Positions 56,951 through 64,000 of a stretch of 64,000 nucleotides of DNA are shown here, piece after piece (within the stretch, counting starts at the first letter, position 1; each line of letters opens with the position of its first letter). Below the pieces are notes generated by a model. The model did no database searches. It saw nothing but the letters and a program-made list of their open reading frames with translations, and had not been told where the DNA came from. A program made the position numbers and the translations under genes. Source of the stretch: a virus. The stretch is from the IMG/VR virus record IMGVR_UViG_3300042897_000994, positions 96,938 through 160,937 of that record. The stretch is one strand, 5' to 3'.

Positions 56951-57889
56951 ATGAAGGATCTGATTCTTATAACAGCATATACGCCAGACGCAGAAAGAAT
57001 TTCTATATTAGATGATCTTTTAGAAAGTATAGACAGAGAACATTTTGATGTGATGATCTCTTCACACAGTTCTATTTCAGATGAAGTAGTTGAAAAATCT
57101 GACTATTTTATCTTTCAGAAAAAGAATGTTTTATTGACAGATTTAGATCAAAAAATCAAATGGTGGTTTGGAAACGAATCTCTGGAAATTTCAACAACCG
57201 AATTTAAAAACTTTAATCATTTAATAGCAGCTGGATCTCTCATTTTAAATGGCCTTTCTGCAGCTAAATCTTTTGGATACGAAAAGGTTCATTTTTTAGA
57301 GTATGATGGTCTTATAATAGATGATACTGAATTTAGAGAGAACTCTCAAATATTAGAAGAATATTCAGTGGTATGGTATGAACATCATGATTTACATACT
57401 TCCTTTCCGTTAATTTCTTTTAATGTTAAAAAAATCAAAGAAAATTGGTTTGATCTTAGCGATAATATTTTCTATTTATTTTTAGAAGAATCAGAAGATA
57501 ATATTCTTGAATCTTTTAATTTTAAAATGATAAGAGAAGAAAAAGCTTTCTGTAAAGGTGTTTCTTCTTTATTAAGCGGAAAAATAGAAACAAATAAATA
57601 TACTACAAACGAAGAAGACTGGATAACAGTAGTTTCTGATGGAAACAATTTTGTCCTTTTTGATTTTAATCATACTGGAATAAACGATATTAGCGTAATA
57701 ATAAACGATGATACTGTAAAAGTTTTTAGCAATCACAACAAAGGAACTTGGATGACTCGCACCCTCGGTAGAACTGAAGAAATCAATAAAATAAAAATAT
57801 TTCTTAATGACGCTTTAATACGTTCATATGATTTTAGTATTATTGATAAAGAAAAATACATCAAAAAAAATTGGATAAAGAACAAATGA
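56951..57889 (+). CDS. Hypothetical putative glycosyltransferase (paralog family)
   Basis: DLILITAY...SSH...FGYEKVHFLEYD. Confidence 0.55.
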   Translation: MKDLILITAYTPDAERISILDDLLESIDREHFDVMISSHSSISDEVVEKSDYFIFQKKNVLLTDLDQKIKWWFGNESLEISTTEFKNFNHLIAAGSLILNGLSAAKSFGYEKVHFLEYDGLIIDDTEFRENSQILEEYSVVWYEHHDLHTSFPLISFNVKKIKENWFDLSDNIFYLFLEESEDNILESFNFKMIREEKAFCKGVSSLLSGKIETNKYTTNEEDWITVVSDGNNFVLFDFNHTGINDISVIINDDTVKVFSNHNKGTWMTRTLGRTEEINKIKIFLNDALIRSYDFSIIDKEKYIKKNWIKNK

Positions 57890-58470
57890 AGTATGACTTT
57901 ATAGAAATAGGAACTAGCGATTTTGATACTCTGCTAGAAACTACAACAGGTAAAATTGGAATATCTATAGAACCTCTAAAATATTATTTAGATAACTTAC
58001 CGAATAATGACAATGTCATTAAAGTTAATTGCGCGATTAGCGATTCAAACTTTGAAACTGACGTTTTTTGGATATCTCCAGATGATATAAAAAAATATGA
58101 TCTCCCCCATTGGTTAAGAGGTTGTAATTCTATTATAAATCCTCACCCTACAGCGTTTAAAGAGTTAGCAGAACATAATTTATCTACAATATACAAAACT
58201 TCTAAGTGTAAATGTATTACTTGGTCTACATTGATAGATATTTACGACATAACTTCTGTCTATTTATTAAAAATAGATACTGAAGGACACGACTGTAAAA
58301 TAATTCAAAATATTTTATCGTCCAACTCAATATTACCTAACGAAATACTATTTGAATATAATTCTTTGACCGATGAAAATGAATTTCAAAGTATTATGGA
58401 TTCATTAAGAAATCACGGTTATTATAAAATTGAAAGTGGTTTTGATACTATTAAAGTTAAAAAGCAATGA
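57886..58470 (+). CDS. FkbM-family methyltransferase; start probably ATG 57886
   Basis: FIEIGTSD, SIEP, NCAIS, LKIDTEGHD. Confidence 0.8.
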   Translation: MKYDFIEIGTSDFDTLLETTTGKIGISIEPLKYYLDNLPNNDNVIKVNCAISDSNFETDVFWISPDDIKKYDLPHWLRGCNSIINPHPTAFKELAEHNLSTIYKTSKCKCITWSTLIDIYDITSVYLLKIDTEGHDCKIIQNILSSNSILPNEILFEYNSLTDENEFQSIMDSLRNHGYYKIESGFDTIKVKKQ

Positions 58471-60026
58471 AAATAAGTAAAGTAATTTTTGGGTTAGACG
58501 ATAATCCAATATATGCTGATTTTTGGCCAATACAGGCTAAATTGGTTAGAGAAGTTTTAAAAGCAGAACCCGTATTATTTCACATTACGAATGAAGATAG
58601 CGACTTTTACAAAGATGCACATGGAGGAATAGTTAAAAAGATAAACAAAAATAATTGCTCAGATATTATAACTTCATTTCAAAGTCAGGTGGTTCGTATG
58701 TATGCCACAAAATACTTCCCTGATGAAATTTGCTTAACCGCAGATATTGATATGTTGATGATAAGCGAAGATTATTTCGTAAAGCAAATAGAAAACATTG
58801 ACGATGAGTCTTTAATTATTATGGATTCCAAGGCTTATGATTTAGAAAGAATTGAGTGCCAAAATCACAATGAATCATGTGAAAACAGATATCCAATTTG
58901 TTATATTATAGGCAAAGGAAAAAATTTCAATAAAGTATTAAACACTGATAGGAGTTTTGAAGAATATGTTGATGCATTACAAAAACTTAATTTGGGGTGG
59001 GGGACAGATGAATTATATTTCGGTGACAAAGTAGATAATACTAATCACGGAATAAATGTTGTTAAATTAGTTAGAAATTGGACAACTCCGTGGAAATCGG
59101 AAAAAAGAATCGATAGACATAATTTTCCTACAGCAAATCTAAATTCTATTTTAATAGAGTCTCAGAAGAGAGACGGTATTTATGACATTGACAAACTAAA
59201 ATCAGGATATTACATCGATGCGCATTGTCCTAGGACATATAATGATTATAAAAAAGAAATAAACGAATTAGTAGATATAATACTAAAAAACAAACCTATG
59301 AACATAGAAAATTTTGAATGGGGTTGGATGGATGAACCTTCTAATGTATATCACATTTACCCTGACGGTTCTCATAAACACATGGGCCAATATCACAAAG
59401 AATCATTAACCAAAGAAATATTCATCGACAAATGTTATGAAAGATTTTTTGAAGTAGAAAAAGATGATATAGTAGTCGACATCGGAGCCAGTGTAGGACC
59501 TTTTACATACTCAATTCTACACAAAAAACCCAAACATGTTTTTTGTTTTGAGCCTAGCGAAAGAGAATTTAAAATCTTAGTTAAGAATATCATTGGTAGT
59601 CCCGCAACTCCTATCAATAAAGGCATATCTAGTGTAAATTCCACAGTAGAAAATGACCATCTATTCGGCGGAGAAAGCTCAATGGAAGCTATTACATTTC
59701 AAAAATTCATAGAATTATACAGTATAGAAAAAATTGATTTTTTGAAAGTAGACTGTGAAGGAGGAGAATTTGATATTTTTACACAGGAAAATCTAGAATG
59801 GATTAAAAATAATGTGAAAAAAATAACAGGCGAGTGGCATATACGTCTACATAATCATGATTATGTTGAAAAGTTCAGATTTTTTAGAGATGTATTTTTA
59901 AAAGAATTCCCAAATCATGAAGTCTATTCTATAGATAATGTCAACATCAAATGGGATTTGTGGAATGAACATTTTTTAGAACACTACAAACAAGTTATTA
60001 TTCACATAGATAACCGCAAAGACTAG
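58467..60026 (+). CDS. Putative GT-A domain fused to FkbM methyltransferase
   Basis: TADIDM DxD; VDIGASVG, FEP, LKVDCEGGE. Confidence 0.75.
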   Translation: MKISKVIFGLDDNPIYADFWPIQAKLVREVLKAEPVLFHITNEDSDFYKDAHGGIVKKINKNNCSDIITSFQSQVVRMYATKYFPDEICLTADIDMLMISEDYFVKQIENIDDESLIIMDSKAYDLERIECQNHNESCENRYPICYIIGKGKNFNKVLNTDRSFEEYVDALQKLNLGWGTDELYFGDKVDNTNHGINVVKLVRNWTTPWKSEKRIDRHNFPTANLNSILIESQKRDGIYDIDKLKSGYYIDAHCPRTYNDYKKEINELVDIILKNKPMNIENFEWGWMDEPSNVYHIYPDGSHKHMGQYHKESLTKEIFIDKCYERFFEVEKDDIVVDIGASVGPFTYSILHKKPKHVFCFEPSEREFKILVKNIIGSPATPINKGISSVNSTVENDHLFGGESSMEAITFQKFIELYSIEKIDFLKVDCEGGEFDIFTQENLEWIKNNVKKITGEWHIRLHNHDYVEKFRFFRDVFLKEFPNHEVYSIDNVNIKWDLWNEHFLEHYKQVIIHIDNRKD

Positions 60027-60055
60027 ACTGTAGATATATAAAAAAAATCTACACA

Positions 60056-60667
60056 ATGTCCCAAAGATCTAGAAGTTTTCTAAAACAAAGATTCGAAACA
60101 GGAGATAAACCTCTTGCTGATGATTACTCAGATTGGTTAGACTCCAATCTAATTAAAGGAGAAGACTCTGTTGGCGATCTAGTAGATGTAGATTTGACAG
60201 GTATTTCTGTGGGAGAAGTTTTACAATGGGATGGAACTAAATTTGTTAGATCTAATATAGCAGGAACTTCAGGTTCTTCAGGAACTAGCGGAACTAGCGG
60301 AACTAACGGTACTTCCGGTACAAACGGCACTTCTGGTACAAACGGAACTTCTGGGACTTCGGGAGCAACCGGAGCACCTGGAACTTCGGGATCATCTGGA
60401 ACTAGTGGATCCGGGACAAGTGGATCTTCGGGATCTTCTGGTACGAGTGGAAGTACTCCTACATATACAAAAATATTTGAACAAATCTATTTAACGGGTT
60501 TAGGAGCACCTTACAACTTACCAGCTATTGGACCTGATCCATTAGCACCTTATAGTATTAGATATGTACCTGATCCTAGCGTAGGAAACATAATGTTCTG
60601 GGCAGTCGTTACTGACAATCCATCACCCAATACTATTGTCTTTAAACTCTATCCTACTTCTCCCTAA
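60056..60667 (+). CDS. Second Gly-Ser/Thr repeat virion-like protein
   Basis: (GTS/GTN/GSS)n; L.DVD...GEVLQWDGT motif; GATATATA at 60033. Confidence 0.7.
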   Translation: MSQRSRSFLKQRFETGDKPLADDYSDWLDSNLIKGEDSVGDLVDVDLTGISVGEVLQWDGTKFVRSNIAGTSGSSGTSGTSGTNGTSGTNGTSGTNGTSGTSGATGAPGTSGSSGTSGSGTSGSSGSSGTSGSTPTYTKIFEQIYLTGLGAPYNLPAIGPDPLAPYSIRYVPDPSVGNIMFWAVVTDNPSPNTIVFKLYPTSP

Positions 60668-60697
60668 ACCTTTTTCTTTCTCTAATATATAAACTAC

Positions 60698-60770
60698 ATA
60701 GAGCCCTTCTAATGTTTGTCTTGGGTTTACAGCCCTAGAGTAGCTCCAACAAGCTACAAAAAGATTAACA
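60698..60770 (+). ncRNA. Candidate structured 5' leader RNA
   Basis: Hairpins GGGT/GCCC and GTAGCT/AGCTAC enclosed by TGTTTGTCTT/AAGATTAACA; 5' segment complementary to 61535-61548. Confidence 0.45.
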
Positions 60771-60782
60771 AAAAGAAAAAAT

Positions 60783-61529
60783 ATGAAATCAAACACCTCT
60801 GCGCATATTGCGCTCAACCGAAATCGTCTTCGTTCGTACGAAAAATCAGTCTATCTGAAAGATGGCAGTAATTTTGAAATCGAACTATTCAATGGTGAAA
60901 CTGTAAATGTTCTCGCCAAAATTTGGCTAAACGGAAATCTCATTAGCAATTCAGGTTTAATTCTAAAACCTGGGCAAAGATTCTTTCTTGACAGATTTAT
61001 CGACACTAACAATAAGTTTCTCTTTGAGACTTATAAAGTCGATGCTTCAATCGAGACGGCATCAGCTATTGCGAACAATGGGCTGATAAGGGTTGAATTT
61101 TTTAGAGAACAACAACTTACAGTTCCTAAATGGTCTACTGGAATAGATTGGACATACAAACCAACTTACACATACGGAACAGGAACTCCGTATATTCCAG
61201 TTACTCACCCAGACCCCAACAACATCCAGTTTTTTTCAAATGCTAATATAGCAACCTCGGTAGCTGGATCATTCACAACTACAGTTTCTAATACATGTAG
61301 CCTAGAAACCGGTAGAGTAGAAATGGGAGAATCCTCTGATCAGTCATTTGGAGTTAGTAACATGAATTTTGATACTTTTTATTTTCAGAGTTCAGAGTGG
61401 AAAATTTTACCTGAATCTACTAAACCAGTGGAAGTTTCTAAGATTAGAAATTATTGTTCTGATTGTGGAACTCGTGTTAAAAAACAAACTTGGAAATTCT
61501 GCCCTAGCTGCGGAGAAAAATTAGATTAA
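60783..61529 (+). CDS. Hypothetical protein with C-terminal zinc ribbon
   Basis: CSDCG...FCPSCG. Confidence 0.75.
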   Translation: MKSNTSAHIALNRNRLRSYEKSVYLKDGSNFEIELFNGETVNVLAKIWLNGNLISNSGLILKPGQRFFLDRFIDTNNKFLFETYKVDASIETASAIANNGLIRVEFFREQQLTVPKWSTGIDWTYKPTYTYGTGTPYIPVTHPDPNNIQFFSNANIATSVAGSFTTTVSNTCSLETGRVEMGESSDQSFGVSNMNFDTFYFQSSEWKILPESTKPVEVSKIRNYCSDCGTRVKKQTWKFCPSCGEKLD

Positions 61530-61583
61530 ACAAATAGAAGGGCTCTATTTTTTGTTTTCGATTTTTTTAATTAAATTTATAAT

Positions 61584-61880
61584 ATGCCAAAACTTATCAA
61601 AATACACCCAGACGGTAGAGAAGAATTTAAAGAGCAGGGTGGTCGCATTCAAGCAATAGCTTGGAATGAAGATGGAACCTTTAAAGAAATTGTAGATCAC
61701 AAACCCGTAGTCGGATGTTCTCTTTTAGTAGGTTCAGTTACCGCAAGATCTTATTCCAATCAAGATTATTGGTTGACTACTAAAGTCACAGAAATTATTG
61801 AAGAAAAAAAGAATGAAGAAGGACTATTAGAATTTGTCAGATTCAAAACTCAAAACTCAGAATATATTGTAAGAGAGTGA
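61584..61880 (+). CDS. Hypothetical phage protein
   Basis: WLTT.VTEI...FKT.NSEY pattern. Confidence 0.6.
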   Translation: MPKLIKIHPDGREEFKEQGGRIQAIAWNEDGTFKEIVDHKPVVGCSLLVGSVTARSYSNQDYWLTTKVTEIIEEKKNEEGLLEFVRFKTQNSEYIVRE

Positions 61881-62443
61881 AAGTAATATTTTTAGATCAT
61901 GATGGTGTAATCTGTTTATCCACAGAGTGGGGTAATAGATTTAAGAAACAAAATAAGTGGGGTGGTCGTAAATTATCTATGACCACATTAGAAATGCCGG
62001 TTGAGTACCGGTTTGATAATTTTAATCAAAAGGCTGTTAAAGTTCTAAATGAAATCTTAGAAAAAACAGGAGCAGAGATTGTAGTAAGCTCTGATTGGAA
62101 ACTTTGGGCAACTTGCGAAGAAATGGGAGAGTACTATGAGTCAAAGGGTATTATTAAAAAACCGATTGCTCTTACACCAAATTTAGGTCAGTGTACGTGG
62201 TATAATAATTGGATCTGGTCACCTGAGTGGGATTTAGAAATGACACGAGTAATCGAAATTAAACAATACTTGCATGACCATCCGGAAATTACACATTGGG
62301 TTTCAATTGATGACTTGAACATGGGTAAAACTGGCGAGGATTGGAAAGACTGGGGTTTAGATAATTTTGTTTTAACCCCGTCATCAGTTGAAGGTATTAA
62401 ACAATCTGGAATTAAAGATAAAATTTTAAAATTTCTATTATGA
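61877..62443 (+). CDS. HAD-domain protein (Swiss-Army-knife RNA-repair type)
   Basis: FLDHDGV, VVSSDWK, WVSIDD. Confidence 0.8.
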   Translation: MKVIFLDHDGVICLSTEWGNRFKKQNKWGGRKLSMTTLEMPVEYRFDNFNQKAVKVLNEILEKTGAEIVVSSDWKLWATCEEMGEYYESKGIIKKPIALTPNLGQCTWYNNWIWSPEWDLEMTRVIEIKQYLHDHPEITHWVSIDDLNMGKTGEDWKDWGLDNFVLTPSSVEGIKQSGIKDKILKFLL

Positions 62444-62817
62444 GAGAAAAACCTGTAGTAACCTGTGGATGTCAAGTACCGAAGGGTTGGGGAGAAGAGC
62501 TAATCATTGAAAATAACGAGCTCTATTGTGGAAAGCTTTTGATATTTAAAGCTGGTTGCAAGTTTTCAATGCACTATCACATGATCAAAGACGAAACTTG
62601 GTATGTGGATAAAGGAGAATTCATCTATCGATGGATTGATACTGAAAGCGCAGAAACTGTAGAAGTTAAACTTAAACCCGGTGATGTAGTAAGACAAAAA
62701 CCTGGACAACCTCACCAGTTAGAAGCTCTTACTGATGGTGTAGTCTTTGAAGTTTCTACTCAACATTTCGATTCAGATTCTTATCGAGTATGGAAGGGAG
62801 ATTCCCAAATAAAATAA
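62440..62817 (+). CDS. Cupin sugar-isomerase-like protein
   Basis: VPKGWG.E, SMHYH..KDET, H...EVST, DSYR. Confidence 0.8.
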   Translation: MREKPVVTCGCQVPKGWGEELIIENNELYCGKLLIFKAGCKFSMHYHMIKDETWYVDKGEFIYRWIDTESAETVEVKLKPGDVVRQKPGQPHQLEALTDGVVFEVSTQHFDSDSYRVWKGDSQIK

Positions 62818-62820
62818 AGT

Positions 62821-63627
62821 ATGATAAAAAGTATATTAAGCATAGGAGATGTTCACGGTCTTTCGAATTGGAAAGATTTTATATTCAGCGGCGGATATGA
62901 GAAATGGAGATCTGACCAAGATCATTCGGTAATCAAGCATGACAAAATTATCTTCGTCGGAGACTATTTTGATTCTTTCACGGTTTCAAATGCTGAAATG
63001 AAGCATAACATAATGGAGATTATTCATCTGAAAGAGACTTTAGGCGATAAAGTAGTTCTCTTGTTGGGAAATCATGATATTCACTATATTGATAAGAAAT
63101 ATCGCTGTAGTGGAATAAGACCTGAGATGTGGTTTGATTTTAATGAAATTATGAGAATGAATTCTCATCTTTTTCAAGCTGCATATCAACACGAAGATAT
63201 TTTATGGAGTCATGCAGGACTGACTCGCGGAAGCTGGGAAATTTATAAAAGATTTCTAGATGAAGAGGGTATCGGATACGAAAACTACGCAGATGCTCTT
63301 AATATTCTCTATAAGATGAATTATGAACCTATCTTTTATGCAGGATATGGTAGAGGTGGTTCAAGCAGAAATCCTGGAATTTTCTGGGCAGACAAAAGAG
63401 AATTGATAAACGATCCTGAAGTAGTTTCGCAAGTTGTAGGACATACTCCAGTCTCTGATATTGAAATTCATATAGCTGGAACCCATAGATCAAACAGCGG
63501 GAACCAAGTAGTTTGTCATCTCGCCTTTATCGACTGTGTGGAGAGAGGATCTAAATCTCCCTATGCAATTGATTTTAATGGAAAACCTCAAAAGAGATCC
63601 TTAAAGAGGATGAGGTATGATAAATAA
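62821..63627 (+). CDS. Calcineurin-like metallophosphoesterase
   Basis: GDVHG, GDYFD, GNHD, SHAG, VVGHT. Confidence 0.88.
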   Translation: MIKSILSIGDVHGLSNWKDFIFSGGYEKWRSDQDHSVIKHDKIIFVGDYFDSFTVSNAEMKHNIMEIIHLKETLGDKVVLLLGNHDIHYIDKKYRCSGIRPEMWFDFNEIMRMNSHLFQAAYQHEDILWSHAGLTRGSWEIYKRFLDEEGIGYENYADALNILYKMNYEPIFYAGYGRGGSSRNPGIFWADKRELINDPEVVSQVVGHTPVSDIEIHIAGTHRSNSGNQVVCHLAFIDCVERGSKSPYAIDFNGKPQKRSLKRMRYDK

Positions 63628-63630
63628 AAC

Positions 63631-63792
63631 ATGAAAGACAAACTGCTCAAATTAGCAAAAGGAAGAGAAAGATATTCCGCTAAGGAGCAGGGTTTTTTTG
63701 ACGGTCGATTCAGACCCAGGGTTATAAAAGACAAAAAGAAAGAAAAGTCCCGAAAAAAGTCTCGAGAAAGGATTAAATTCTGGGATATTTAA
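63631..63792 (+). CDS. Small very basic protein (53 aa), not in the ORF track
   Basis: MKDKLLKLAKGRERYSAKEQGFFDGRFRPRVIKDKKKEKSRKKSRERIKFWDI. Confidence 0.6.
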   Translation: MKDKLLKLAKGRERYSAKEQGFFDGRFRPRVIKDKKKEKSRKKSRERIKFWDI

Positions 63793-63842
63793 AGCAATAA
63801 TTTTCACTCTCCAAAGATAAATAAAAAAAAATCTTGGGGAAG

Positions 63843-64000
63843 ATGAAAAAATTACTTACAGCTGTAACTGTACTATTTATGAGTGCAATGTCATTTGCAC
63901 AAACTCTCCCAACTCCTTCTTCGGGAGTATGGGCGTTAATCGACACAAGCTACAATATTGGTAGCGTTTCTGCCGGTGAAACAAAAGCTAAAATTCACTA
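63843..64000 (+). CDS. Secreted protein, 3'-truncated by the window
   Basis: Signal peptide MKKLLTAVTVLFMSAMSFA-Q; GATAAATA at 63816. Confidence 0.65.
   Translation, partial: MKKLLTAVTVLFMSAMSFAQTLPTPSSGVWALIDTSYNIGSVSAGETKAKIH

Noticed and set aside
955-62475. All minus-strand ORFs in the track
   Set aside because: Short, antisense to well-supported + genes, no recognisable motifs
1-64000. Stop-codon reassignment
   Set aside because: TAA, TAG and TGA all end full-length genes with tight coupling; coding density is high under the standard code
1-64000. tRNA/rRNA genes and a cellular origin for the window
   Set aside because: No cloverleaf or rRNA seen by eye in the short intergenic gaps; gene mix, single-strand packing and promoter motifs indicate a phage

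Overview
A 64-kb, AT-rich, densely packed segment of a large, probably jumbo, dsDNA phage with T4-like features. Essentially all real genes lie on the + strand and use the standard genetic code. The host is probably Bacteroidota (inference from A-rich starts without Shine-Dalgarno sites and MKKL-type signal peptides). Contents: the 3' end of a type II topoisomerase; nucleotide enzymes (IMPDH/GMP reductase, Gmk, Tmk-like kinase, canonical ThyA); two sigma factors; PhoH, Hsp20, ClpC-like and ClpP-like proteins; two RimK-type ATP-grasp ligases; Gly/Ser-repeat and LamG virion proteins; a holin-like TM+GAF protein; and two very large glycan-biosynthesis islands (gmd/fcl, GT10, GT2, GT25, an Aah/TibC-like heptosyltransferase, DegT, NeuD, FkbM). 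The top candidate new system is a tightly coupled operon at 3224-9123. It encodes a dNMP kinase, a dCMP-hydroxymethylase-type thymidylate synthase paralog, and two T4 beta-glucosyltransferase-like enzymes that both end in the same clamp-binding-like tail (K-x-I-A-L-F). It also encodes UDP-galactopyranose mutase, a thioesterase and a SAM methyltransferase. This suggests furanose-sugar (Galf/Araf) hypermodification of cytosine in the phage DNA. Other observations: a fixed AAAC-N17-TAWAAH-N4-ATG promoter implying leaderless mRNAs; late promoters embedded in start-occluding hairpins; T4 capsid-targeting-like N-termini on RimK ligases; a candidate -1 frameshift; a sigma54-like promoter with palindromes before hsp20; and a gene enclosed by a long-range 5'/3' RNA helix. 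Family assignments come from motif recognition only; no database searches were run.
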